Source of the DNA: an uncultured Candidatus Rokubacteria bacterium
Lineage (GTDB): Bacteria; Methylomirabilota; Methylomirabilia; Rokubacteriales; CSP1-6
Direction: 5' to 3'
DNA: 64,000 nucleotides
NCBI GenBank assembly: GCA_963758635.1
Contig: CAVWWD010000005.1
Coordinates: 160,001-224,000 of the forward strand
The notes below the pieces were generated by a model that saw nothing but the letters and a program-made list of their open reading frames with translations, was not told the origin of the DNA and searched no databases. A program made the position numbers and the translations under genes. This document shows, one piece after another, positions 29,918 to 39,822 of the stretch. Numbering within the stretch: the first letter of the stretch is position 1; each line of letters opens with the position of its first letter.

Positions 29918-31212
29918 TCCACGCCATCTACTCCGCCGGCCTCACCGCGGCCCTGCTCGCGTACGTCCCGGTGGTGCTCGCCCGGCGGCTGCGCGGAGGC
30001 GGCGCCGGGGCGAACCTGCGGGAACGGCTGGGCCGGGGCGGCGACACGCTGCCCGCGGAGCCGCGCTGCTGGATCCACGCCGTGTCCGTGGGCGAGACGA
30101 TCACCGCGGTGCCCCTCGTCGACGCGATCCGGCAGCGCTGGCCCGAGCTGTCGATCGTGCTCAGCACGGTGACGCCCACCGGCGCGCAGGTCGCGCGCGA
30201 GCGGCTCGCGGGGCGGGCCGTCCACCGCTACTTCCCGCTCGACCTGCCGGGGCCGGTCGGCCGCGTGGTGGACGCCGTGCGGCCCCGCTTCTTCATCGCG
30301 ATGGAGACGGAGCTCTGGCCGAACTTCATCCGCGCCCTCGCCGCGCGCGGCGTGCCGTGCATGATCGCCAACGGCCGCGTCTCCGATCGCTCGTACCGGC
30401 GCTACCGGCTCGTGCGCAGGCTGCTGGCCGGCGTGCTCCGGCGCATCTCCGCGTTCGGGATGCAGTCGGACGAGGACGCGCGCCGCATCCTCGCGCTCGG
30501 CGCGCCGCCCGAGCGGGTGGTGGTGACGGGAAGCTTGAAAGCCGATGCGGTGGCCGACCCGGCGGGGGTCGACTGGGAGCAGCTCCTCGGGCTGGCCCCG
30601 GACGAGACCCTGTGGATCGCGGGCAGCACCCACCGCGGCGAGGACGAGGTCGTGCTCGACGCGTTCGTGCGCCTGCGCGCGCGCCGTCCCCGCCTCGTCC
30701 TGCTCCTCGCGCCGCGCCACCCTGAGCGCGCGGGGGACGTGGAGCGGCTGGCGCGCGAGCGCGGGCTCGACGGGGTCCGGCGCACCGCGCTGCCCGGCGC
30801 GGGCCGCCGGCGCGCCGTGGTCGTGCTGGACACGGTGGGCGAGCTCGCCCAGCTCTACCGCCTCGCCACGGTCGTCTTCATCGGGGGCAGCCTCACGGAC
30901 AACGGCGGCCACAACATGCTCGAGCCGGCGCTCTGGGCCCGGCCCGTCCTGTTCGGCCCGCACACCGAGAACTTCCGCGACAGCGCCGCGCTCCTGCTCG
31001 AGGCCGGCGCGGCGTGGCGAGTCCAGGACGGGGAGGCGCTGGAGCGCGCGGTGGGGGGCCTGCTCGACGACCCGGACGGCGCGCGCGCGATGGGCGAGCG
31101 GGGGCGCGCGGCGGTGGCCAGCCGCCAGGGCGCGCTCCGGGCCACCATGGACCTGCTCGAGCAGATGCTGGCGCGGGGCGACGGCCCCCGGGGCCAGGCC
31201 GGCCTGCGGTGA
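29914..31212 (+). CDS. waaA: Kdo transferase WaaA
   Basis: WIHAVSVGE, FPLDLP, METELWPN, IAGSTH.GE, APRHPER, GGHNMLEP. Confidence 0.96.
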   Translation: MIHAIYSAGLTAALLAYVPVVLARRLRGGGAGANLRERLGRGGDTLPAEPRCWIHAVSVGETITAVPLVDAIRQRWPELSIVLSTVTPTGAQVARERLAGRAVHRYFPLDLPGPVGRVVDAVRPRFFIAMETELWPNFIRALAARGVPCMIANGRVSDRSYRRYRLVRRLLAGVLRRISAFGMQSDEDARRILALGAPPERVVVTGSLKADAVADPAGVDWEQLLGLAPDETLWIAGSTHRGEDEVVLDAFVRLRARRPRLVLLLAPRHPERAGDVERLARERGLDGVRRTALPGAGRRRAVVVLDTVGELAQLYRLATVVFIGGSLTDNGGHNMLEPALWARPVLFGPHTENFRDSAALLLEAGAAWRVQDGEALERAVGGLLDDPDGARAMGERGRAAVASRQGALRATMDLLEQMLARGDGPRGQAGLR

Positions 31213-31269
31213 CCGGGCGCCGCGCTCACCGCCGAGCGCCCGCTTGCCTGTCGCGCTAAGCTACGCAGG

Positions 31270-32385
31270 ATGGATCAGCGACCTCGCGACCCCGGGAGCT
31301 GGCTCGAGCGCGTCTGGAGCGAGGGCGGCTCGGGCCCGGTGACGGCCGCGCTGTCCGCGCTGAGCCTGGGCTATCGGGCCGGGCTCGTGGCACGGCGCCA
31401 TCTCTACGGCCTGGGGCTCCTGCGCACGGGACGGCTTCCGTGCCCGGTCGTCTCCATCGGCAACCTCACGCTCGGCGGCAGTGGCAAGACGCCGATGGTC
31501 GAGCTGGCCGTGCGCACGCTGGTGGCCCTTGGCGCCGCTCCCGCGGTCGTGAGCCGCGGATACCGGCGCGACACCCGCGGCGTGCAGGTGGTGGCCGACC
31601 GCGACGGCGTGCGGCTCGCCGCGCGCGCGGCCGGCGACGAGCCCGTCCTGCTGGCCGAGCGCCTCTCGCGCATCCCGGTGGTGGTCGGAGAGAACCGCTA
31701 CGAGGCGGCGCGCGTCGCCGTCGACCGCTTCCAGGCCACCGTGGTCGTCCTCGACGACGGCTTCCAGAACCGCACGATCGAGAAGGACCTCGAGGTGCTC
31801 GTGGTGAACGGCCGGGCGCCCTGGGGGACGCGCCGGATCTTCCCGCGCGGCACGCTCCGGGAGCCGCTGTCCGCGGTGAAGCGCGCGCACCTGATCGTGA
31901 TCACCAACCCGCCCACCGTCGCCGACGCCGAGGCCATCGAACTCACCCTCCGCCAGCACCGCGCGACCGCGCCGGTGCTGAGCGCGGTGTACCAGCCCGT
32001 CGAGGCGCGGCGGATCGACGATCCCGTGCCGCAGCCGCCCACCGCGCTCGCGGGCCGGCGGCTCCTCGCCTTCGCGGGGCTCGGCTCGCCGCGCGGGTTC
32101 CCCGAGACGCTCGCCGGCGCGGGCGTGGCCGTGGCCGACTTCGTGACGTTCCCCGACCACCACTGGTACGAGGCGGGTGACCTCGAGCAGCTTGCCGTCC
32201 GCGCCCGCGCCGTGGGAGCCGAAGGGCTGGTCACCACGGAGAAGGACTGGGTGCGGCTGCGCGATCTCCCGCCGCCCGCCGTGCCGCTCTGGGTGCTCGC
32301 GGTGAAGATGTCGCTCGACTGGAATCGCGAGGCCTGGGTGCGCGTCCTGCGCGGCGTCCCGTCGGCGTCCCTCGCCGAGCGGTGA
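31270..32385 (+). CDS. lpxK: Tetraacyldisaccharide 4'-kinase LpxK
   Basis: SIGNLTLGGSGKTP, SRGY, GDEP, LDDGFQ, FPDHH, TTEKD. Confidence 0.96.
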   Translation: MDQRPRDPGSWLERVWSEGGSGPVTAALSALSLGYRAGLVARRHLYGLGLLRTGRLPCPVVSIGNLTLGGSGKTPMVELAVRTLVALGAAPAVVSRGYRRDTRGVQVVADRDGVRLAARAAGDEPVLLAERLSRIPVVVGENRYEAARVAVDRFQATVVVLDDGFQNRTIEKDLEVLVVNGRAPWGTRRIFPRGTLREPLSAVKRAHLIVITNPPTVADAEAIELTLRQHRATAPVLSAVYQPVEARRIDDPVPQPPTALAGRRLLAFAGLGSPRGFPETLAGAGVAVADFVTFPDHHWYEAGDLEQLAVRARAVGAEGLVTTEKDWVRLRDLPPPAVPLWVLAVKMSLDWNREAWVRVLRGVPSASLAER

Positions 32386-32412
32386 CGCGCGGATGAGGGC
32401 ATCGCCGCGGGC

Positions 32413-33414
32413 GTGACCTCCACGGTGGTCGTCCGCGCCCCCAACTGGCTGGGCGACACGGTCATGGCCATGCCGGCGCTCGTGGCGTTGCGCGCGGCTC
32501 ATGCCGATGCCCGGATCGTGGTGGTGGGACGCTGGGCCGAGGTCCTCCGCGGCCAGGCCGTGGCCGATGTCCTCGTCGCGTACCCGCGGGACGGCGCGCG
32601 CCGAAGGCGCGTGGCGCGCGCCCTGGCCGCCGATCCCGCCGACGTCGCGATCGTGCTCGCCGGGTCCTTCGAGGCCGCGCTCGCCGCCCGGCGGTGGCGG
32701 GCGCGCCGGCGCATCGGGTTCGACACGGATGCGCGCGGCGCGCTCCTGACCGACGCCCTCCCGCTGCCCGCTCCCCGCCCGCATCAGGTGGACGAGTACC
32801 GCGCGCTCGTCCAGGCCCTGGGCGTCCACGCGGAGGACAGCCGACCCGCGCTCACGCCTGTTCACGACGCCGCGGCGGAGGCCGAGGTCGCAGCGCTCCT
32901 CGTGGCCGCCGGCCTTCCGACCGGCGCGCGCGCGGTCGGCCTGCACATCGGGGCCTCGGGCGGACCAGCGAAGCTCTGGCCGGCCGACCGGTTCGCACGG
33001 GTCGCCGACGGCCTGGCGCGCTCCGGCCTCCGCGTCCTCGTCCTGGGCGCTCCCGAGGACGCGGCGCGCGCGGCATCCGTGGGTTCCGCGGCGGCGACCA
33101 AGCCGGTCTCGCTGGTGGGACGGGACCGTCCCGCGCTCCTCCCGCATCTGCTCGCGCGCCTGGCCTGCCTGGTCAGCGGGGACACCGGTGTCGCGCATCT
33201 GGCCGCCGCCCTCGGCGTGCCCACGGTGACGCTGTTCGGACCGACGGACCCGCGGCTCAGCGCGCCGCGCGGGCGAGCCGCCTCGCGGGTCCTGACCGGG
33301 CCGGCGCCGTGCGCGCCGTGCTTTCGCTCCACGTGCCCGATCGAGCACGTGTGCATGCGCGCGATCGACGCCGACGCGGTGGCCGCGTCCGCGCGGGCGA
33401 TCGTGCCCGCATGA
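32413..33414 (+). CDS. waaF: LPS heptosyltransferase II (GT9)
   Basis: RAPNWLGDTVM, AKLWPADRF, SGDTGVAHLAAALGVPTVTLFGPT, C-terminal Cys cluster PCAPC..CP..CM. Confidence 0.9.
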   Translation: MTSTVVVRAPNWLGDTVMAMPALVALRAAHADARIVVVGRWAEVLRGQAVADVLVAYPRDGARRRRVARALAADPADVAIVLAGSFEAALAARRWRARRRIGFDTDARGALLTDALPLPAPRPHQVDEYRALVQALGVHAEDSRPALTPVHDAAAEAEVAALLVAAGLPTGARAVGLHIGASGGPAKLWPADRFARVADGLARSGLRVLVLGAPEDAARAASVGSAAATKPVSLVGRDRPALLPHLLARLACLVSGDTGVAHLAAALGVPTVTLFGPTDPRLSAPRGRAASRVLTGPAPCAPCFRSTCPIEHVCMRAIDADAVAASARAIVPA

Positions 33415-34517
33415 GGGCGGTGCTCCACACCGAGTCCTCGACCGGGCTCGGGGGGCAGGAGATCCGCACCCTCGACGAGGCGCGGTGGACCGCGGAGCGC
33501 GGCTGGCGCGTCATCCTCGCCGTGCAGGCGGGAGGCGCGCTCGGCCCGCGCGCGCGCGCCGCGGGCGTCGAGGCGGTGGACGTCGCCATGCGGGGGCCGT
33601 GGGACGTGACGGCGGTCGGGCGGCTCGTCTCCCTGATCCGCCGCGAGCACGTGTCGATCGTGCACACCCACAGCTCGATCGACGGCTGGGTGGCCGGCGT
33701 GGCCGCCCGCGTCGCCCGGGTCCCGGTGGTGCGCACCCGTCACGTCTCGATCCCGATCCGCGCGGGGTGGAATCCCGTCTACACGCGTCTGGCCGATCGC
33801 GTCGTCACGAGCGGCGAGGCCATTCGCTCGCTCGTGGTCGCGGCGGGCGTGCGCCCCGAGCGCGTGGTCGCCATCCCGGCGGGCGTCAGCCTGACCGACT
33901 TCACGGCCGAGCAGGCGGCCGCGCGCGCCGGCGCGCGCGGCCCCCTGATGCGGTCGCTCGGCCTCGTCCCGCCCGTCATCGGCTCGGTGGCCATGTTCCG
34001 CGGCTCCAAGGGCCACGACCACCTCCTTGAAGCGTTCCGCCTGCTCCGCGCCGCGGTACCATCGGCCCGGCTGCTGCTGGTCGGCGACGGCATCCGCAGG
34101 CAGTGGGCCGAGGACGTGGCGCGCGACAAGGGGGTGGCGGACGCGGTGACCTTCGCGGGGTTCCGGAGCGACGTGCCGGCCCTCCTCGGCACGATGGACT
34201 GCTTCGTGCTCGCCTCCACGCGCACGGAGGGCGTGCCGCAGTCGCTCCTGCAGGCCTTCGCCGCCGGTGTGCCCGTGGTCGCCAGCCGCATCGGCGGTAT
34301 CCCCGAGGTGGTGACGGACGGGGTCACCGGGCTCCTCGTGCCCCCCGGCGAGCCGACCGCGCTCGCCGGGGCTCTGCGCTCCGTCCTCGACGATCCGGCC
34401 GCCGCCCGGAGCCGTGCCGATCGCGCCCGCGGCATGGCCGAGGAGCGCTTCTCCCACCGCGCCTCGGTGGGGCGGCTGCTCGCGCTCTACGAGGAGCTCC
34501 TGGACGGAGAGCCATGA
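33411..34517 (+). CDS. Glycosyltransferase family 4 (LPS core)
   Basis: HTESSTGLGGQE, VHTHSS.D, KGHDHL, EGVPQSLLQA, GGIPEVV. Confidence 0.9.
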   Translation: MRAVLHTESSTGLGGQEIRTLDEARWTAERGWRVILAVQAGGALGPRARAAGVEAVDVAMRGPWDVTAVGRLVSLIRREHVSIVHTHSSIDGWVAGVAARVARVPVVRTRHVSIPIRAGWNPVYTRLADRVVTSGEAIRSLVVAAGVRPERVVAIPAGVSLTDFTAEQAAARAGARGPLMRSLGLVPPVIGSVAMFRGSKGHDHLLEAFRLLRAAVPSARLLLVGDGIRRQWAEDVARDKGVADAVTFAGFRSDVPALLGTMDCFVLASTRTEGVPQSLLQAFAAGVPVVASRIGGIPEVVTDGVTGLLVPPGEPTALAGALRSVLDDPAAARSRADRARGMAEERFSHRASVGRLLALYEELLDGEP

Positions 34518-35680
34518 CACGCCCCCTGAGCGTGCTCCACCTCGTGGCCAATCGGTGGTGGACGGGCAGCGCCGATCCGGTGATCCGGCTGGTCCAGGGA
34601 CTGCGCGCGCGCGGGCACCGCGTCGAGCTGGGCCTGATCCCCGGCGACCGCTTCGAGGACAAGGCGCGCGAGGCGGGCATCGCGCCGGTCGCCGGGCTCT
34701 CGCTCGAGCCGCGGTTCGACCCCGTGGGCCTGGCCCGCGACGTGGCCCGCGTCCGGCGCCTCGTACGCGTGGCCGCGGTGGACGTCGTCCACGTCCACCA
34801 TTCCCACGACCACTGGCTGGGCGCGCTCGGCCACGGCGGCGCCGCCCTCGTGCGCACGTTCCACAACCAGCGCTCCGTGCGCCTGGGATGGGCCTCGCGC
34901 GCGCTCTACCGCCGGGCCGACGCCGTGGTCGCGGTCAGCGAGCCGATCGAGGCGCGCTGCCGTCGCGCGGGCGTCGCATCCTCGCGCGTGAGGCGCGTGG
35001 GAGGCGTGGTGGACGTCGACCGTTTCGTCTCGGACGCGGGCGCGGCCGACGTGCGCCGCGAGGTCGGCGCCGGCGCCGGCCCGGTGATCGGCTGCGTCGC
35101 GCGGCTCGCCCACGATCGCGGCCACGACGCGCTCATCCGCGGCTTCCAGCAATTCCTCGGCGCGGCGCCCGGCGCGCGGCTCCTCCTGGTGGGAAAAGGG
35201 GAGGCGCGCGAGCGTCTCCAGGGGCTGGTGACCTCGCTCGGGCTCTCGGGGCGCGCGATCTTCACCGGCTATCGCGACGCCGACCTGCCCGCCGTGCTCC
35301 ACGCGCTCGACGCCTTCGTCCTCATGGGCGCGGGGTCGGACGAGTCGTGCCGGGCCGCGCTGGAAGCGATGGCGGCAGGGCGCCCCGTCATCGCCCGGCG
35401 CGTCGGCGCGCTCCCCGACGCCGTCGAGGCCGGCGTGACCGGCCTGCTGCTCGACGACGACCGGCCGGAGACGGTGGCCGCCGCGCTCGGCGCCGTGCTC
35501 GCCGATCCCGCGCGGGCCCGCGCGATGGGCGCGGCCGGCCGGGCGCGCGCTCGTCGCGAGTTCTCTCCGGAGCGCCATGCCGCCGACGTGGAGGCCATCT
35601 ACCTCGGCGCGACCGGCGGCACGGCCGCCGAGGCGCCCGAGCGGGCGGGCACGGCCCGGGCCTCCCGGGGCGACGCGTGA
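34514..35680 (+). CDS. Glycosyltransferase family 4
   Basis: HVHHSHDHW, VARL...RGH, DESCRAALEAMAAGRPVI. Confidence 0.88.
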   Translation: MTRPLSVLHLVANRWWTGSADPVIRLVQGLRARGHRVELGLIPGDRFEDKAREAGIAPVAGLSLEPRFDPVGLARDVARVRRLVRVAAVDVVHVHHSHDHWLGALGHGGAALVRTFHNQRSVRLGWASRALYRRADAVVAVSEPIEARCRRAGVASSRVRRVGGVVDVDRFVSDAGAADVRREVGAGAGPVIGCVARLAHDRGHDALIRGFQQFLGAAPGARLLLVGKGEARERLQGLVTSLGLSGRAIFTGYRDADLPAVLHALDAFVLMGAGSDESCRAALEAMAAGRPVIARRVGALPDAVEAGVTGLLLDDDRPETVAAALGAVLADPARARAMGAAGRARARREFSPERHAADVEAIYLGATGGTAAEAPERAGTARASRGDA

Positions 35681-36801
35681 CGATCCGCCATCTGATGTCG
35701 TGTCAGGGCTGGTCGTCGGACGCGTACTGGGCCGCGCGCATCTCCGCCGAGCTCGAGCGGGCCGGCCACCGCGTGTCTCTCGTGTGCAAGCGGGGCAGCG
35801 AAGCGCGCGTCATCGAGCGCGCCCGCGCGATGGGCGCGCCGGCGCAGGAGACGCTGGCCTTCGCGAGCGGGTTTCACCCGGCGAACGACACCGTCGACCT
35901 GCGGCGGCTCATGGGCTGGCTCCGCTCGACCGACGTGGTGCACGTGCACCGGGGCAAGGAGCACTGGCTCGCCGCCCTCGCCAACCGGCTGTCGCCGACC
36001 CCGCGGCCCCTCTTCCGCACGCGGCACATCGTGCAGCCGATTCGCCCGCACGCCCTCAATCGCTGGCTCTACCAGCGCGCCACCTCGATGGTGATCACGG
36101 TGACGGAGGCGATCCGCCGCCAGTACGTGGCCGCCGAGCTGGTCGACCCGGCGCGCGTGGTCGCGCTCCCGGGGGGCGTGGACCTCGCGCGCTTCCACCC
36201 CGCAGTCGACGCCCGGCCGTTCCGCGCGAGCCTCGCCGCGCCGGACGGCGTGCCCGTCGTCGGCCTGGTGGCCGGCTTCCGGGTGATGAAGGGCCACGCC
36301 GTGACCATCCGGGCGGCGACGGAGCTGGCGCGGCGCGGCCGCCGTTTCCATCTGGCCTTCGTGGGACGGGGCCGCATGGAGGGCGAGGTCCGCGACGCGG
36401 TGGCGGCGGCGGGCCTCGGCGATCGCGTCTCGCTGGCCGGGTTCGTCGACGACATCCCGGGCGCGATCGCCGCGTTCGACGTGGCGCTCTACCCGGCGCT
36501 GGAGTCCGAAGGCATGTCACGCGTCCTCTTCGAGTACCTGGCGATGGCGCGGCCCGTCGTGGCGAGCCGGGTCGGGGTGGTGTCGGAGGTGCTCCGCGAC
36601 GGGGCGAACGCGCTGCTGGTGCCGGCGGGCGAGCCGTCCGCCCTCGCCGACGCGATCGATCGCCTCCTCGTGGACGCGGCTCTCCGCCGGCGCCTCGGCG
36701 CGGCCGCGGCCGCCCTCTGCGCCCGGGATGTCTCCGGCTCGCAGGTCGCCGAGCGCCTCGCCGGCCTCTACGCCCGCGCGCTCGCCCGGCCCGTGCCATG
36801 A
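35677..36801 (+). CDS. Glycosyltransferase family 4
   Basis: HVHRGKEHW, RTRH, MKGH, EGMSRVLFEYLAMARPVVAS. Confidence 0.88.
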   Translation: MTIRHLMSCQGWSSDAYWAARISAELERAGHRVSLVCKRGSEARVIERARAMGAPAQETLAFASGFHPANDTVDLRRLMGWLRSTDVVHVHRGKEHWLAALANRLSPTPRPLFRTRHIVQPIRPHALNRWLYQRATSMVITVTEAIRRQYVAAELVDPARVVALPGGVDLARFHPAVDARPFRASLAAPDGVPVVGLVAGFRVMKGHAVTIRAATELARRGRRFHLAFVGRGRMEGEVRDAVAAAGLGDRVSLAGFVDDIPGAIAAFDVALYPALESEGMSRVLFEYLAMARPVVASRVGVVSEVLRDGANALLVPAGEPSALADAIDRLLVDAALRRRLGAAAAALCARDVSGSQVAERLAGLYARALARPVP

Positions 36802-36841
36802 CGATCTCGACGTGCCGCGCCGCGTACGCCGTCCGCCCGGC

Positions 36842-37969
36842 ATGAAGATCTCCGTCCTCTGCTTCGATCTCTCCGACAACGCGGCGGGCCGCGCCGACCT
36901 CCTGGCCCGGCTCGTGTCGCCGCTCGGCGAGGTGGAGGTGCTCGGCCCCCAGGCCGGACCGGTCTGGGCGCCCGTGGCCACGGAGGGGGTGCGCTACGTC
37001 GGCGTGCCCGGACGCCGCTGGCCGGGCTTCGTCGCGACGCTGCGGGCCCTGCTGGATCGCGCCGACGGCGACCTCATCTACGCCTCCAAGCCGCGGCTGG
37101 CGAGCGCGGGGACCGGGTACCTCAAGCGTCTCCGCGCGCGGCGTCCGCTCGTGCTCGACATCGACGACTGGGAGGTCGGCTTCTTCCTCCGTGGCGGCTT
37201 CTGGGGAACGGTGGGTCGCGCCGCCAACCTCGGCAACCCCGCGGGGCTGCCGTGGACGTGGCTGATGGAGCGTCTGGCTCACACCGCGGACGCGATCACC
37301 GTGGCCTCCCGCTTTCTGGAAGAGCGCTTCGGCGGCCTCCTCGTCCCGCACGTGCGGGACACCGACGCGTGGCAGCCCGGCGCCGCCGACCCCGCGCCGG
37401 CCCGGAAGCGCCTCGGCATCCAGGACGAGCGCCTGGTGCTCTTCCTCGGCACGCCGCGCGGCTACAAGGGTGTGGAGGACCTTTGCCGCGCGGTGTCGTC
37501 GATCGGGCGGAAGGACGTGGTGCTGGGCGTCGTCGGCGCCGACCCCGACGGCGCCACCGCGCGGCGGCTCCGTTCGATCGATCCCGGGGTCCGCGTGATC
37601 GAGCCGGTGCCGTTGCACGAGGTGCCGGCCTTCCTCGAGGCGGCGAGCGTGGTCGCCGCGCCCCAGCGCGACACCAGCGACACGCGCGGCCAGGTGCCGG
37701 CGAAGATCTTCGACGCGATGGCGCTCGGACGGCCGATCGTGTCCACGCGGGTGTCGATGATTCCGGAGATCCTCGAGGGGTGCGGCGCGCTGGTCGCCCC
37801 GGGCGATGCGGCCGCGCTGGCCGCGGCCGTGACGCGCCTGGTTGACGACGCCGCGGAGGCCCGGGCGCTCGGCGCGCGGGCGCGCGCCCGGTGCGTCGAG
37901 CGCTACAGCTTCGCCACCGCGCGCCGCACGCTGCTCCCCCTGCTGCAGGGCCTCGCCGGCGCGCGGTGA
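36842..37969 (+). CDS. Glycosyltransferase family 4
   Basis: VLDIDDWE, FLGTPRGYKGVEDL, PAKIFDAMALGRPIVST. Confidence 0.88.
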   Translation: MKISVLCFDLSDNAAGRADLLARLVSPLGEVEVLGPQAGPVWAPVATEGVRYVGVPGRRWPGFVATLRALLDRADGDLIYASKPRLASAGTGYLKRLRARRPLVLDIDDWEVGFFLRGGFWGTVGRAANLGNPAGLPWTWLMERLAHTADAITVASRFLEERFGGLLVPHVRDTDAWQPGAADPAPARKRLGIQDERLVLFLGTPRGYKGVEDLCRAVSSIGRKDVVLGVVGADPDGATARRLRSIDPGVRVIEPVPLHEVPAFLEAASVVAAPQRDTSDTRGQVPAKIFDAMALGRPIVSTRVSMIPEILEGCGALVAPGDAAALAAAVTRLVDDAAEARALGARARARCVERYSFATARRTLLPLLQGLAGAR

Positions 37970-39070
37970 GGATCGGGCTCGTCTGCCGGCCGTTCTCGTT
38001 CCACGGCGGCGTCGAGACCGCCACGGCCGGGCTCATGACGGAGATGGTCCGGCGCGGATACCAGGTCGAGCTCCTCACGACCGCCGCGCAGGGCCCGGTC
38101 CCCGGCGTCTCGATCCGACGGCTCCCGGTCCTTGAGGGCCCTCGCCTGGCTCGTCTGCTCTCGTTCTCCTTCGCCGCGCTCCGGGCGGGACGCGCCGGGA
38201 CGTACGACGTCCTCCAGAGCCACGAGCGCGGCCTCGCCCAGGAACGTCTACCGGGCGGGGGAGGGGACGCATCGCGGATACCTCGAGGCCACCGGCCGCC
38301 GCGGGGCTCGTGCGAGTCCGTATCACCGGACAGTCATCTGGCTGGAAAGGCGTATCTTCAGCCTCCGGTCGGCGCGACACGTCGTGGCGATCTCCCAGGC
38401 CGGCCTCCGCGAGATGGCGCGGCTCTACGGAACACCCCGCGACGGCGCGACCCTCGTGTACAACGGCGTGGACCTCGAGCGCTTCCACCCCGACACCCGC
38501 GCGCGCCTCGGCGGCGAGGTGCGCGCGTCCCTCGGCCTGCCGTCGGGCGCGTGGGTGGTGCTCTTCGTCGGCTCCGGCTTCGAGCGGAAGGGGCTCGGCC
38601 CGCTGGTGGAGGCGATGGCGCGGATCGGTGATGCGCGCGCATGGCTCGCCGTGGCCGGGAAGGGCCACGCGGAGCCGTACCAGCGCGACGCCGAGCGTCT
38701 CGGCCTCGGCGGGCGTGTCGTGTGGCTCGGCGCTCGGCCGGACGTCGAGCGGCTCTACGCCGCCGCCGACGTCGTCGCGCTCCCGGCCCGGTACGAGCCG
38801 TTCGGCAACGTGCACCTCGAGGCGTTGGCCTCCGGCGTGCCCGTGCTGTCGAGCGCGCGAGCCGGCGGATCGGAGCTGATCAGGACGGGCGACAACGGCT
38901 GGGTCGTCGGGGAGGTGACTCCCGCCCTGATCGCGGACGGCCTCGACCGGCTCCGCGAGAGCGATCCCACCCGGCTCTCGGCGGCGGCGCGGCGATCCGC
39001 CGAGCCCTTCACCTACGCGGCCCAGGTGGACGCCTTCACGACGATCCATCGCCGGCTCGTTCGTCCGTGA
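37966..39070 (+). CDS. Glycosyltransferase family 4, WaaG-like (one +1 indel at ~38243)
   Basis: FSFHGGVE, (D)VYRAGEG, YNGVDLERF, FVGSGFERKG, YEPFGNVHLEALASG. Confidence 0.88.
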
Positions 39071-39115
39071 GCCCTCGGGGACGTTTCGAGAGGATCGCAG
39101 AAGCATGGATTTTCA

Positions 39116-39144
39116 TTGATCAATCTGGTGGCTGGCATTACACT
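39116..39144 (+). promoter_or_regulatory. Candidate sigma70 promoter for gmhB
   Basis: TTGATC (39116-39121), 17-bp spacer, TACACT (39139-39144), with an AT-rich stretch upstream. Confidence 0.6.
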
Positions 39145-39152
39145 GCCTCACG

Positions 39153-39738
39153 ATGCCCGGACGACCCGCGGTGTTCATCGACCGTGACGGCTGCCTCACC
39201 GAGGAAGTGGGATACGTCAATCACGTCAGCCGGATCCGGCTCCTGCCGCGGAGCGCCGAGGCGGTCCGGAGGCTGAACGAGGCTGGCCTCCCGGCGGTGG
39301 TGGTGACGAACCAGGCAGGAATCGCCAAGTCGTACTTCAGCGAGGCCGTGCTCGAGGCGGTGAACGAGGAGGCTCGCCGGCAGCTCGGGAAGGGCCGCGC
39401 GCGGCTCGACGGGCTCTACGTGTGCACGCACCATCCCGACGAAGGCGAGCCGCCCTTCCGCGCCGACTGCGATTGCCGGAAGCCGCGGCCCGGCCTCTTG
39501 CTTCGCGCCGCGCGGGACCTCGATCTCGACCTGGGCGCGTCCGTGGTCATCGGAGACAAGATGTCGGAACGTCGCCACCGCGCGCGCGGTGGGCGCGGCG
39601 GGCGTCCTCGTGCTCACCGGGTACGGCCGCGGCGAGTGGGAGCACCGGCGCCACCTCTGGACCGACAAGCCGGACCACGTCGCCGACGATCTGCTCGAGG
39701 CCGTCGAGTGGGTCCTGGCCCGGCGGGCTCACCAATGA
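39153..39738 (+). CDS. gmhB: D,D-heptose 1,7-bisphosphate phosphatase GmhB (one +1 indel at ~39568)
   Basis: AVFIDRDG, VTNQAGI, CTHHP..CDCRKPRPG, IGDKMS(D)V, VLTGYG. Confidence 0.92.
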
Positions 39739-39822
39739 GCCCCGCGCATCAGACTAACGCCGAGCGGTGGGACTGTAGAGGCCCGTGGCGGTGACCGCAT
39801 TCTGCGAGGGTCACTAGACGCC

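Noticed and set aside
39095..39808. 8-bp inverted repeat (TCGCAGAA / TTCTGCGA) flanking gmhB, suggesting a mobile cassette
   Set aside because: Too short, no target duplication, and gmhB fits the pathway context; chance is likely.
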